From Chiloscyllium plagiosum (Eukaryota): DNA of 64,000 bases. This document shows, piece by piece, positions 13,529 to 26,200 of the stretch. The translations under genes were made by a program, and so were the position numbers. Under the pieces are notes generated by a model. The model made no database searches. It saw only the letters and a list, made by a program, of their open reading frames with translations, and was not told where the DNA came from. Location: positions 24,117,236 to 24,181,235 of the forward strand of contig NC_057720.1 in the NCBI RefSeq assembly GCF_004010195.1, given 5' to 3'. Numbering within the stretch: the stretch's first letter is position 1; the number at the start of each line of letters is the position of its first letter.

Positions 13529-13860
13529 CTGTGCAAAGTTGAAATAATGAACTGATTTAGTATTTCTATTCAGCAATTCAAATGGACAGACCTTTTACGA
13601 ATACAAGGGATTGAAAAAGAGTACTTCTCACAACTCGAATCATATTCTACAAACAAAATCACAGATGTTTGAGAGAGAAAACTGGACAAAATAATGAAGA
13701 ATCTACACAGGATGGAAGTACTCCCTTTTTGGAAATAACCTCAAGAACTATAGGACACAGGTTTAAAATAGTTGTCAAAGCATCAAAATAAACCTGAGAA
13801 AAGTATTTGTATAAAAGTTATTCTTCCAGTGACCTAGCGCAGACTTAATGAATCTAATGA

Positions 13861-13863
<3 letters not shown>

Positions 13864-13891
<28 letters not shown>
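13864..13891. repeat. (CT)n microsatellite
   Basis: About 14 perfect CT units. Confidence 0.95.
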
Positions 13892-13895
<4 letters not shown>

Positions 13896-14309
13896 CCTTT
13901 CTATAATTCTATAAGTCACAAAATATGAGGTAATCTAATTTGATCGAATTTGGCATAACTCAGCCACCATATTGATACATCGGTAAAACGTATCTGATGT
14001 TCAAGAAAAAATGGTTATCACCAAAGAAATAACATTCATGCATCATGATTGCTGTAATTATTTGATCCATAATTGACAGAATAGTGCTTTGCTACACCAT
14101 TCCCTTTAAGATTAAGCTATATTTTTGCCAAAGAAACTCAAAATGCTTATTCTTGAACATTTGCCTTCTTAAAACTATGCCTGAGTACCTCTCAATGTTG
14201 CTTTCTTTATCATTATCATTCATCCTTGAAGAGTTTAGATAAAGATAAACCTTTTGCAATATTTCCAATAAAAGGATGCAATATAATCTGATTGATAAAC
14301 AATGATTTA

Positions 14310-14665
14310 AATTTTTTCACAAAGAGGATGGTGCATGTATGGAATGTGTTGCAAGAGGAATTGATGAGACAGATAGAATTATAACATTTAAAATACTATT
14401 GGACAGGTACATAAATAAGAGAAAGTGAGGACTGCAGATGCTGGAGTACCAGAGTTGAAAAATGTAGTGCTGGAAAAACACAGCAGGCCAAGCAGCATCC
14501 GAGGAGCAGGAGAATCGACGTTTCGGGCATAAGCCCTTCTTCATAAATAGGAAAGGTTTAGAAGGATATGGTCCAAATGCAAGTAAACATGATTGGTTCA
14601 GTTTAGGATAGCATAGATGAGTTGGACCAAAGGATCTGTTTCCTTGCTGTATGACTCTTATGACT
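14310..14665 (+). mobile_element. CR1/HER1 3' tail interrupted by a Penelope terminal fragment (14418-14541, minus)
   Basis: CR1 tail gtatggaatg...gaaggatatggtccaaatgc...tatgactct; insert flanked by cataaata at 14410-14417 and 14542-14549. Confidence 0.85.
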
Positions 14666-15366
14666 CTAAGTGACATAACAAAGCCTTACTTTCTATATGC
14701 AATAAGTAGCCAGATGTGGAATGTGGAATTTGATGTGGCAACAGTAGCCTTTGTAAAGTCTTGAAGGAGAAAAACATTACAGCCAAAAGAGAAATGAGCA
14801 GAAGAGTGAGACAAATTAATTTGCTGCTCTGTGCAAATGTAGAGAGCCAAATGGCAGCCTCCTCTCCTGCACTATTCTATAATTCACCTAATCACACTTG
14901 CATGGCCTGACAATCAAGATATTGGGTGGGAAATTTGTTCTTGACAAGATCCCTCAAATCTGGTTGAAAGAGACACTAATGAAAATTACTGCTATTTTCA
15001 TAGAATGAAATAGAATTTTCATAAAATTTTGCACCTCCTTTGAATATTCCCTGATGGAAGAATGCAGAAGGAAATTTACCAACTCCCAACCACCAGGTTC
15101 TGTCATTCTTTGATAGAAAAATGCAATATCTATTCCATGCATCTTCTGTAAACCAAGTTGAGATGGTGGTTTTACAAATACTTGGTGAAATACATATTCA
15201 ACTTCTGTAATTAGTGTGCACTTTTATCTACTTACATAAAGTAAATTCCTCTAAAATATAATATTCCATTTTACAAATATATTTTCTTTACATGATTAGG
15301 TAAAAAACAATGCTGTGTTAAATTCTACTCAACATACACTTGCTTATAGTAAACACATAAACTTAC

Positions 15367-15425
15367 CTGCTATTGTTCTGGCAAAGGTGCCTGTTGCCCA
15401 ATGTACCCAATTGAAAATATACCGT
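15367..15425 (-). CDS. FRRS1: FRRS1 coding exon 12 (cytochrome b561)
   Basis: ctgcag|RYIFNWVHWATGTFARTIA|gtaagt; 59 nt; FNWxHW motif. Confidence 0.96.
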
Positions 15426-16041
15426 CTGCAGATGGTTTAAAAAAATGTTAGAAATGTTAGGTTGTGGTTCACACCAAATATTTCTCTCTAATCATCAAAT
15501 ATGTAACATATAGTTGTTTCCTGATATGGAACCTGTATATTGCTGAAAAAAGATACATTTTATCAAAGCTTTACATCTTGCAAATTGCAATAAATACCAA
15601 TGGAAAGTGGTATCTGATTGGTAGAGGCGTTATGTGTATAGTGCACCCGTTAATGATGACTGACAGTTAACTGCCAAGTTTTGTTTAGATTTTTAACTAG
15701 GCTCTGACTCTGGTTGATGAAGGTATTGCCCTGAGAAATGAAGCATTGAATAGCTATCACCTATCCTATGGTATAAGAAAGAGATGTACATGTTCTTTTC
15801 ATTTGTATTGAACAGGGCCCTATGTACTCATATATTTATATCTCCCAGTACACCAAGTGTGCCATAGTGCAAGCCTGACTTACAAACCTAATTTGGCTAT
15901 TAGTGTAATTCATTGCACACTCAGGATTGAGTAATTAATAATGTTCAGGATACTGTGGTGCAAGTCTTCAACAACTCTCAAATATTCGAACATAACATAA
16001 TAGGAAAACATTACATCAAAAATGAATATTGTTAGATCTAC

Positions 16042-16139
16042 CTTGGTGCTTGTGGATTTGGTCTGAAGAAAGCCATAATCAGTTGAAGAATTACCAATAT
16101 AAGAATCATACAGCCAAAGTATGGATGGGCACCTGCACA
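16042..16139 (-). CDS. FRRS1: FRRS1 coding exon 11 (cytochrome b561)
   Basis: tcttag|CAGAHPYFGCMILILVILQLIMAFFRPNPQAP-R|gtagat; 98 nt. Confidence 0.95.
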
Positions 16140-16229
16140 CTAAGAGCACAGACATTAATGTATTGATAAAGCATCTTAGAAACATTACTCATTTCTACAG
16201 AACTTCCTTCTGAATGTAACTAGAGTTAA

Positions 16230-16920
16230 AAAACAGAAAGTCATGGAAAAACTCCATAGGTCAGACCACAGTTGTAGAGAGAGAAATGGAGTTAAAATTT
16301 CAGAGTGGGATGACCTTTCATTGGAACTGGGGTAAACTTAGATATGTAACAGGATTCGAGTAAGCAACGGGTGGGACAAAGGAAGATTTATGGCAAGGTG
16401 GAAAACAGAAGAGGGTAAATAACAGGAGAGGGTAAATAACAGGAGAGGGTAAATAACAGAAGTTTTACTCTTACAGCGCCAAAGGGAATGGTGATGGAAT
16501 ATTAAAAATCAAAGAGACTATAGATGTGCTGAGAGGTCTGCTGCTGACTGAAAGCTAAACTAAAGATAGTCAAACTGTCAAAGGAATTAAATATGAAATC
16601 AGAGTTTACAGTCTAAAATGATGAACCTAGAATACCTATTTAAATGCTAGGAACTGTTCCTCAAGCTTGTGTCGACCTTCATGGGATTACTGCAGCAGGC
16701 CAAGGATAGCATTAGTGCAAGGTAGAGAACTAAGTGACTGGCCACTAGAAATTCATGGTCATTCTGGTGGACTGAACAGAAAAGCTCTGAAATCTTGTCT
16801 CCTAACCCACTGTTACAGACCACACTGTGAACAACAAGTACTATATTCTTAGTTGAAAGAAACACATGCAAATTACTGCTTCACCTGGAAGAAGTACTTG
16901 CATGGTTGAACAGAGGAAGT
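16230..16920 (-). mobile_element. Old Penelope-like remnant with an internal 17-bp tandem repeat
   Basis: Resembles the remnant at 43080-44020; agagggtaaataacagg x3 at 16410-16459. Confidence 0.5.
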
Positions 16921-16924
16921 GAAA

Positions 16925-17440
16925 AGACCATAAGCCATTGGAGCAGAAATTAAGCCATTCAGCCCATTGAGTGTGCTCCACCATTCAATCATGGCTGATA
17001 ATTTTCTTAACCCCATTCTCCCACTTTCTCCCCATAACCTTTGAACCCCTCAACAAAAAAGAAATCTACCTCCGACTTAAATATACTCAATGACCTGGCC
17101 TCCACAGCATCTGTGGCAGTGAATTCAAAAGATTCACCACTCTCTGGCTGAAGACGTTTCTCCTGTTCTCAATTCTAAAACGTCTTTCCTTTACTCTAAG
17201 GTTGTGCCCTCAGGTCCTAGTCTCTCCTACCAATGGAAACATCTTCTCAACATTCACTCTGTCCAGGTATTCTCTAAGTTTCAATTAGATCATATCCCCC
17301 CCCAATCTTTCTAAACTCCATTGAGTATAGACCCAGAGTCCTCAAACATTCTTCATATGTTAAGCTTTTCATTTCTGGGACCATTCTTGTGAACCTTCTC
17401 TGAACCTGCTCCAGGGCCAGTACATCTTTCTTGAGATACA
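16925..17440 (-). mobile_element. CR1 LINE 3' fragment
   Basis: Reverse complement matches the CR1 3' end at 39500-40025 (RVVNLxNSLPQ-like). Confidence 0.8.
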
Positions 17441-17649
17441 TCTGCTATGCTTGCAGAGAAAGTGCTGTGGGAGTGGAATGGGATGTTGGGGTTGATTGAA
17501 GAATGGGGACCAGGTTATCATGGAGGTGAAAAGAGAGAAAGATCTGCTTTGTGATTGCATCCCATTGGAGGTGGCATAAATTAATTATTCATTGAGCTGG
17601 TGGGATGGACAAGGGGAACCTGTCATGTTTATGGATAGTGAAGAAGGTG

Positions 17650-18022
17650 TTTGGGATACTTTCCTTTATTGGTCAGAATATTGAGTACAGGAGTTAGGAG
17701 GTCCTGTTGTGGCTGTACAGGACATTGGTTAGGCCACTGTTGGAATATTGTGTGCTATTCTGGTCTCCTAAGAGACCTAAGGGGCAAATTCTTCACACAG
17801 AGGGTGGTACGTGTATGGAATGAGCTGCCAGAGGAAGTGGTGAAGGCTGGTACAATTGCAGCATTTAAAAGGCATCTGGATGGTTATATGAATAGGAAGG
17901 GTTTGGAGGGATATGGGCCGGGTGCTGGCAGGTGGGACTAGATTGGGTTGTGATGTCTGGTCAGCATGAACGAGTTGGACCGAAGGGTCTGTTTCCATGC
18001 TGTACATCTCTATGACTCTATG
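17650..18022 (+). mobile_element. Young CR1/HER1 3' fragment, internally deleted
   Basis: RDLRGKFFTQRVVRVWNELPEEVVKAGTIAAFKRHLDGYMNRKGLEGYGPGAGRWD; tail ctatgactctatg. Confidence 0.9.
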
Positions 18023-18621
18023 TTTCTCAGAAGGAGGTGAAAGGCCAAAACTGCCAATCATCCAGACATGATTAAAGGCCAGACATCTTTTAAGGGCTGT
18101 TGAAAAGCTAAGCTCCAGGGAAAACATTGCTTGATTGACAGCTCTAGCTTTCTGTTCTCTGTGTGAATGAACACCATCAATTGGCAGATGATAAAGCAGT
18201 TTCAAGTTCTCAAAGTTTCTGCTATTGGAGGATTGATTAGCTTGTTCTTGTTTAGGGAAGTGGTAAATCATGAAATTATGACATTTTTAAAGCTTTTCTT
18301 TAAACAAATCCCATTGCCCCAAAAGGACACAAAAACATATTGGTTCCATATAGAGTGTGTAGTGTTTGATTGAGCAAGAGAGTGCCATATATTGACACAG
18401 AGGGTATGAGGGGTCATGGGGAGTTGAGTGGATAGTGGCAACGAATGGTGTGGATGATGCATAGGGAGCATATGTAGGATGAGGTCATGTGAAGGGAGAG
18501 AGTTAATGGATCTTAATGTTTCCATTATAATTCGAACAAAGTCCCAAAGCACCAAAGTGGGCCTTTCAAACAGACCACCTCAGCATCCCAGCAGCCCCTT
18601 GTGGCTGTCTATTAACCAGTA

Positions 18622-18972
18622 GGGGTAGCACGGTGGCTCAGTCGTTAGCACTGCTGCTGCCTCACAGTGCCAGGGACCCAGGTTCGATTCCAACCTCAGG
18701 CAACTGTCTATGCCGAATTTGCACATTCTCCCTGTGTCATCATGGGTTTCTTCCGGTGCTCCGATTTCCTCCCACAGTCTAAAAATGTGCAGGTGAAGCG
18801 GATTGGCTATGCTATAGTGTCCATAGATATGCAGGCTGGGTAGATTAGCAAAGGGAAAAACAGGGTTACAGTGATAGGGAAAATGGGGTGGATTTGGATG
18901 GAATGCTCTTTGGAGGGTCAATGTGGACCTGATGGGCTGAATGGCCTCTTTCCGCACTGTAGGGATTCTATG
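18622..18972 (+). mobile_element. HE1-type V-SINE
   Basis: A box gcacggtggctcagt, B box ggttcgattcc, V-domain, tail cactgtagggattctatg. Confidence 0.88.
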
Positions 18973-20932
18973 AAAAGTGTTATCTAGCTTATTCAGTCGA
19001 CATAGAATTAAATATGCAAGCACTTAACAAAACAAAACTTAAGTTTTGTTTCTGTCTTTGAAAGGGTTGTCACTGTATTTGATTACATGTAATAGAATGA
19101 GAGGGGGATGAGTGGGAAAATTTTCATGAATCAAGATTTTGTAATAAAGGCTAATGAATATTCCAAGTTGGAAACTGTGCAATTTTATATTAACAGATGT
19201 TCTTACAACGTTCAAAATAATGCCCAATGGCCTTGAAATGGGATCATGAAAGCCCTATTTTTCAGGTGCTACATATCCTCCTGTCCACAAAATGGCAGTT
19301 GTACATCTCTATGACATCTACATTTGTGGCTGAGAGTGCCATGTGCCAGATTGGACAAAAAAAGGGGCTTTAGACTCCTTACATATGCATTCTTGCAGCA
19401 ACGTTAGTTCTCCTTGAGGGAATTAAGACTGCAAGCACTCAACAAAGAGCTAACACTAAAGATTGCTTGCAAAATAAAACAAGTTACTTTGCTATGCAGC
19501 ACTATTCCAGTCATTATCACTGTCAATTAGTGACATGATTAATATTTTGCTTTTATTTGACTGATTAATATTTGACGAAGAGAAGTTGCAGAAAACACTG
19601 GCACCTACAGAAATATATCACTGCAATGAATCAGTGCTTCTCGTGAAAGAATTAAAAAATCGTGAAGAAAATAGGTTGTAATTGTGCTGCAACACCAGGG
19701 GGAAGCACATCTCCACATGCAAAGTCAATCTGTGACTGTATAAGTTTTTAATGTTCAGCCCTGTTTTCTGTCACTCAATTATGCAGGTAAATAAAACAAG
19801 TTGGTGGCTTATCGTGGTCTCTCATAAACAGGCAGACAGCAAATAATTTAATGCCCATTCAAATGTTTTTACAAGTAATGACTGCAAGATGCCTGGGAGT
19901 GATTTGTATATTTTTTTCTCCTCAACAACCAACTAGTGCTGTTAACTGTGGAGTCTGACCATTGTTGAAAAAAGTCAATGAAATAATATTTATTTTTAAA
20001 AATCACCACCCAAGCAGAGACTGAAATCATGATCCAGAATCCTATTACTAGACTGTACAGGAACTAGCTGCACAAAACATTTCCAACTTGACTTGTTCAA
20101 ACATATCTTATTTATTTATCAAATATTGTTTAGATTCCAGACACACTAAACTGGCCTTTTTCCCATTCTAAACTGATTTAGGTGAAAAATGCCACACACC
20201 CACCATCTTAGTAAGAGGATATGCGTTTGTTCCACTGGTGCAGTTATAGGCTAAGCACACATATGCATGATTACTGACATCTTTCTGGTCAGTGGCGAGA
20301 GTTATAGTCAAAAAGTAAAATGCCCAGTTCTGAAAAAGAGCTTCAAATGGGAACTACAGAGGCAACTCTGCATCGTTCAGTTGTGAAAGTGTGAAGTAAA
20401 TTAAAAACAGCACTGTATGAAGAAACCATGTAATTTCATGATAAACCTTGAGATTTCCCTCCCTAAAATTCTTTGCCTTTCTCCCCCTCCACTGTCACGG
20501 CACTACTACTTCTTTGACTAAACTTTTCAGTTTCATACCTTCTTATATAGCTTGGTTCAGGCTTAGATTAATAGCACTCTCCTGTGAATATCTTGGGACA
20601 TTTTGCTATAGAGAAGGTGCTGTGTGATTGCAAGCTGTAGATGAATAGCAGGCAAAGTGCAGAATCCTTGTAATGGGAAAGTATTCCAGCTAAAGGCTGA
20701 TTCAGGAAAGTACACTAAACTCATGGACTTGGGATCCCTTTCTGTTTACCTTTTAATATAATCTGAATAAATCAAATTAACTCATACAATGCACTTATTT
20801 TCTTATTTGTCAAGCTAACTTGCTTTGTTTCATCTTCAGCTCAATTCCAGTTGCTTTGTTTGCATTATTTCTATCAAGAAAAGGGAATTATTTTCCATTT
20901 TTCACTACGAAGACTAACAAATGTCAACTTAC

Positions 20933-21019
20933 ATAGCTCCAGGCTCCCCTGTACAGAAAAGGAAGAATAAAGGCAAGACATGTTAGCAACACCGTGGTTG
21001 CCATGAGCATCCAATGTAC
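20933..21019 (-). CDS. FRRS1: FRRS1 coding exon 10 (cytochrome b561)
   Basis: tttaag|VHWMLMATTVLLTCLAFILPFLYRGAWSY|gtaagt; 87 nt. Confidence 0.96.
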
Positions 21020-21128
21020 CTTAAACAAAAAAGATAAAAACACAAGTCAAAAGTTGCAACAAGCACTTTGCATTTTACCAACTGTGACTCAAAATTAGCT
21101 GTTTCAATACTTGATTATTCATCTGCAT

Positions 21129-21402
21129 GATTAGATTACTTATAGAATGGAAACAGGCCCTTCGGCCCAACAAGTCCACACCGACCCTCCGAAGAGCAAC
21201 CCACCCAGACCCATTCCCCTACATCTAACACTGCAGGCAATTTAGCATGGCCATTCACCTAACCTGCACATTTTTGGACTGTTAGAGAAAACCAGAGCAC
21301 CCGGAGGAACCCCACGCGGACACGGGGAGAATGTGCAAACTCCACACAGACAGTTGCCTGAGGCAGGAATTGAACCTGGGTCTCTGTGCCACCGTGCTGC
21401 CG
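21129..21402 (-). mobile_element. HE1-type V-SINE with a deletion in the tRNA head
   Basis: Matches 2293-2604 but lacks about 30 nt between the A and B boxes. Confidence 0.88.
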
Positions 21403-23242
21403 CACTGTGCATGTTCAGAACCGATATGGGTATCAGTAACCATACACAGTACCACTTAGTGAATCATCAATGTCAGCACTATCAAAACATGTTAGTCTAC
21501 TACAGTTAGAACATAGATTTTGTTTTGAATATACAGCTACTTTTACTGCTAAATCAAATTGAATCCTGATGTATTAATAACACCTCAAAGTGGCAAACCT
21601 TCCATTCTGGCCAATACCTGTTAGTGTTGAGAAACCCAAAGCCTATGGTCCAAAGAACTACCAAATCTGACAAAAGTCTGATCACATGCATTGAAAGCAG
21701 CAGTTCAGCAATGTCTACCCAGGCCTTTCACCAGCTAAAAATTGCAAGAAGAAGGAAATTTTGAAATTTGTAACAAAAGGCTGCTCAGGCTGTTCATCCA
21801 TATTCAAGAATCCTTCACTCAGCCACCTATATATTTTACAATTGTAAAAATGGCAATTCTAGTAAAGAGTTGTTGTCCTACTTTATCCACCACCAAGAAA
21901 CTGTTAATAGGAAGTTCAAAAACACAACTATAGCAGTTTGACTCAGCAATCATTCATGCAATTTGAAGGGATCTTGTGGCACAGCAGTAGTGCCCCATCC
22001 TCTGAGCCAGGAGGCCTGCATTCATGACCCATTTGATCCAGAGCTGTTTAATAATATCTCTGAACAAGTTGATTTGAAAATACCAACAAGCAATTTGAAT
22101 CTGTAGTCAATAACACAGAAGAGGGGCTTTCACTAAACTTTGGCGTTGTACCGTGACTTGCACAGTTGTGATTGGTTAAAGTTAAGTGTAACATCAAGCA
22201 GTCAGATGCAATCGGGAGTACCAGGGCAATTTACAGTTTGCATTCTCTCCTTAACACCAATTGCTGTGCAAATTTAAATAATAGAAACATATTTTCAAAC
22301 TTGTTCAACTGTTTTGTGCATATTCATGCCTGTGTCCATAGCATAGAAACTTCTTAAGGGTTAGAACCAATATTGCTTACAAGAGTACTTTTGATCAACC
22401 AACGTCAAAAGTACAGTGCCACACTGTATTATCCAGATTTAATGCACTATCTCAAGTGAAAGTTGTACTACAGGACAAGTTCACTTTTTAAAGTATTGTA
22501 AACACGAATGTATAAATTAGTATTAATATGTTTATGTTAACAGATGGAGCAAATAAAAATTAATGGTCAAGTGCAGAGTTTTGAAAACAATGTCAATTAT
22601 ATCCATCTCTATCATTATAAAACTATGTTTGCGAGTTGCTCTGACATGAAGAGATTATGAGCTGTATCATGCTGGAAAAATAACATTGCATCGACAGAAT
22701 ACATCATTACTAATATGCACGTTCACCATAAAATTCATAGTGAAGAGATACACTGCAAATTATAAACCTTCAAAACCTACTGGCTGATTACTGTTTACAT
22801 AAACAGAATCTTGTCCTTAACGTCCCTGTTATTTTGTAAGAACTTCCTGGACTTGCACATTAAACACAATGCAAACTGAAAGCTGGAAGTGAACAGCGCT
22901 ACCTTCTTAACAACGTGATCATTGTAATTGAATGCCAACCAATGTCAATACCCCAAAAAAGGAAACCTCAATTCAATTGTTCAAAATCATTCTTACCCAT
23001 GTAATTTGTTACTAGAGATTCTATGAATGTCAAATTATGGTTGTATAAAATGTTTTCTTTGTCTCTTTTTTCTCCCTTTTTATTTTTCTTTCCCTTTATT
23101 TATCTTTTTATACCTAATGCAACATGCAATCATTCACCTTCTCCATTGTTTCTCTTGTTTCTTTCCATAATATTCACAATTTGCTACAGTTGAATTTAAA
23201 CCTGCATTAACCATATATTATTGATGTAGCACTGAAACTTAC

Positions 23243-23358
23243 CTGAAACCAAACCTTTTTGCCCAGCAGTGTGCTGAATGGCCATACAGGTTTAAAGAAG
23301 CGAGCTATAATGACACCAATGTTGGCTGTAGTCACCCAAGCAATAAACATTAATGCTC
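23243..23358 (-). CDS. FRRS1: FRRS1 coding exon 9 (cytochrome b561)
   Basis: ccttag|GALMFIAWVTTANIGVIIARFFKPVWPFSTLLGKKVWFQ|gtaagt; 116 nt. Confidence 0.96.
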
Positions 23359-23653
23359 CTAAGGATTAAAATATTAAAATGAATTATCATGACAAACTGG
23401 AATAAAGTATAAATTCTCCATTAGATTAAGCCAGAAAAGGCTTACAGTTTTTTGTATCCTTTCGAAGGCACACTCACAAAAGGAATTGCAAAATAATTTA
23501 TAATTTATTGATTGAATACTTGAACACACTGCATCCGAATGATTGTGGGTTGCTTAAGTCGTTTTAAGACAAACACTACAATCAATATAAAATTCAGTAG
23601 AGCAGGATCAGCTTCTGGTAAAACAAGAAATCATCATACAATGAAATAACATC

Positions 23654-23775
23654 AGGTGGCTGTGGAGCAGCACTCTGAAAGCTAGTGCTTCCAAATAAAC
23701 CTGTTGGATTATAACCTGGCATTGTGTGATTCTTAACTTTGTACATCCCAATCCAAGACCGACACCTTGAAATCT
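23654..23775 (+). mobile_element. Penelope-like terminal fragment
   Basis: Distal part is reverse-complement similar to 4264-4340. Confidence 0.7.
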
Positions 23776-25348
23776 TGAAATAACAACACTGGGCTATCTG
23801 CATGGTGACTACTAAAAGCAGCAGGTTTTAGATAATGCCCCATGACTGCACCATACGAACAAGAAATAAGAGTAGGCTACTTGGTCCTCCTAGCCTATTC
23901 CACAACTACAGATCAAAGCTAGGCACTAGAGCTCCAGCTGTCAAGAAGGGTAGTGGAGAAGGTGAATCATGAACATCCCCATCTTGAATCATGTTGAAGC
24001 CCAGGTGGTGAAGGAAACAGAATTGGTTGAAATATTTGTAAGCAATTGTTGTAAACAGTGTCTCATATGGCTGATATTACTCAACCTCTCCTAAGATCTT
24101 CATCGTTATAGCTGCTATTGCCTTAGCCTATTCACTTCACATGTGGCATTACCATGTCACTGAGTAACCTGGATATAACATAGCCTGATAACTGCTGCAC
24201 ACCAAAACTAGCCACCCACCAAACCAACAATTTTTCCAATGCATCTAAGTAACAAGAAGCTAGTCAAATTTAACTTAATTAATCATCACAATATCATTCT
24301 TTTTTAACTGGCAAATGACATATGGAGTTAAAAGTCATAATTAATAAATAAATAAGTAAATAATGTTACAAGCGTTGTAAGGACCAATAACTTTTAAAAG
24401 AGGGTTTTAGTTCTGTGACTTAAATTAATTGCATGCTAAAATTTCAATTTTAAAATTTAAGTCAATCTTGACTAAACATGAATCAGTAGACAATTCTGAC
24501 TCAGCTACAAAAGGCATACTTCATTAGCGTTTTATCATACTCAAAAAAACCTCTGCCGCATTTATATATTGCACTGAGCTCTCAGCTGAATCATATTCTT
24601 TACAGGGACCAGTCCAAAATCACCCTCAGCTTTTAACAGGTCAATTTTGCCCATTTCTTGGAGTCATAATACCTAGAGACCTTCCAAGGCCTTTCTTCTG
24701 AGTCAGTTATGAGGAATACTGAACTGAGCTCAGAAGCATGGCTCATTCAAGTGATTCCATCCCCTGACCATGCCAGTGTACTTGCATTGTCATAGTGTTC
24801 TCATTGACATTGATAGCTAATAATTAAAAAAAAACTTTTTCTGACCCCAGAAGCTGCTGTTTCTGGCTCTCGCACTCTCCCTTTGAATATGAACATGTCC
24901 AAGTAGGGGAAGATGGTGCAGAGGAGAGGCATCCTCTACCCAGAGAACTGGCAGAGGAAACCACAGTGTGAAAACTTTACAAAAACAGAAATTGCTGGAA
25001 AACCTCAGCATGTCTGACAGCATCTGTGAAGAGAAATCAGAGTCAATGTTTCAAGTCCAGTGACCCTTCTTCAGAACACCACCCATGTCTGGGTTGTCTC
25101 CACAGTGCCGTAGAAAGGCCAGCATTGCTGTAAGAAAGTCAACAACCTTCTCCATTCTACAACTGAATATAATATTCTTATTCCTGCCACCTCGCACTCA
25201 CTCTATCTTTGCTCATGTACTGACTTCCCAGCAAAGCACATGGATAATCACTCTCACTACCGACTACAATACCTTCACCCATTCACCTACCCCAACTGAC
25301 CACACCACTAACCCTGCAAGCCCACTGCACTGCCTCCTCACTCCCGCA

Positions 25349-26200
25349 TGTGATGGTTCTGTGCCTTTAAGAGAGATGTGTTCTGTGCTGTTTCTCTTGA
25401 AGAGAGGAGTTGCCACAATGGTGTTTGAATAACTCTTTCAGACAGGCAGCTGGTGAACAGCTTTTGAGTTCTTACTATGTTTTAAATGAGACAAAAGAAT
25501 CATAAGTATGTGTGGTCAGGGCTCACACAGACCCAGGATGGTTTTTAGTTTGGCTTTCAGTTAGTTAAGGTTTGCTGGCTGCTCTTCTCTGCTGCTAGAT
25601 TCGTAGACAATGTGGCTTCTTCTTAAAAATCAAAAGTGGCAGATTGTTTCTTTCTTGTGGACTGGAAAGAGACAGCACGTGACACTGTTAACTGTTTTAC
25701 TGAATTGCATTTTTGCCAAAGGGTGTGTTAGTTAGCTGCTGCCTATATTGGAACAGTTGATGATTAGTGGTTACATTGTACATTACCTTCAAAGGTGTGG
25801 CACTGGAAAAGCACAGCAGGTCAGGCAGCATCCGAGGAGCAGGAGAGTCGATGATTCGAGTGTAAGCCCTTCAATGGGAATCTCCTGCTCCTAGAATGCT
25901 GCCTGACATGCTGTGTTTTCCCAACACCACACTTTTGACTCTGATCTCCAGCATCTGCAGTCCTCACTTTCTTCTTGTACATTACCTTTTTAAGTGTTTC
26001 AATAGAGTTAAAGTTATGTCGATTTTTCTTTGTAGTTTAACTGTATTGTCAGATTAAAGTGTGTTTTGATTAAAGCCCAGTGGACCAATTGAATCACATC
26101 TGGAACATGCCTCCCTACCTGCCTTTAAATAATTGTACAAGATATGGTCTAGGCTATCTCCTGACAATACATGGGGGGAGTAGGGGTCTGGTCTGGTCAC
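25349..26200 (+). mobile_element. Solo-LTR-like element interrupted by a fold-back Penelope insertion
   Basis: Starts TGTG; 26053-26112 matches the reverse complement of 52021-52087 including the A(A/T)TAAA-gtgtgttttg block; no coding capacity. Confidence 0.55.
25790..25974. mobile_element. Fold-back (inverted dimer) Penelope terminal insertion
   Basis: Inverted arms; 14-bp TSD ttgtacattacctt at 25776-25789 and 25975-25988. Confidence 0.88.

Noticed and set aside
16410..16459. Direct repeats as a CRISPR-like array
   Set aside because: Three adjacent 17-bp units with no spacers, in eukaryotic DNA; simple minisatellite
17777..18271. 164-aa ORF considered as the missing FRRS1 exon 11
   Set aside because: No b561 motifs and partly antisense CR1; the true exon is at 16042-16139
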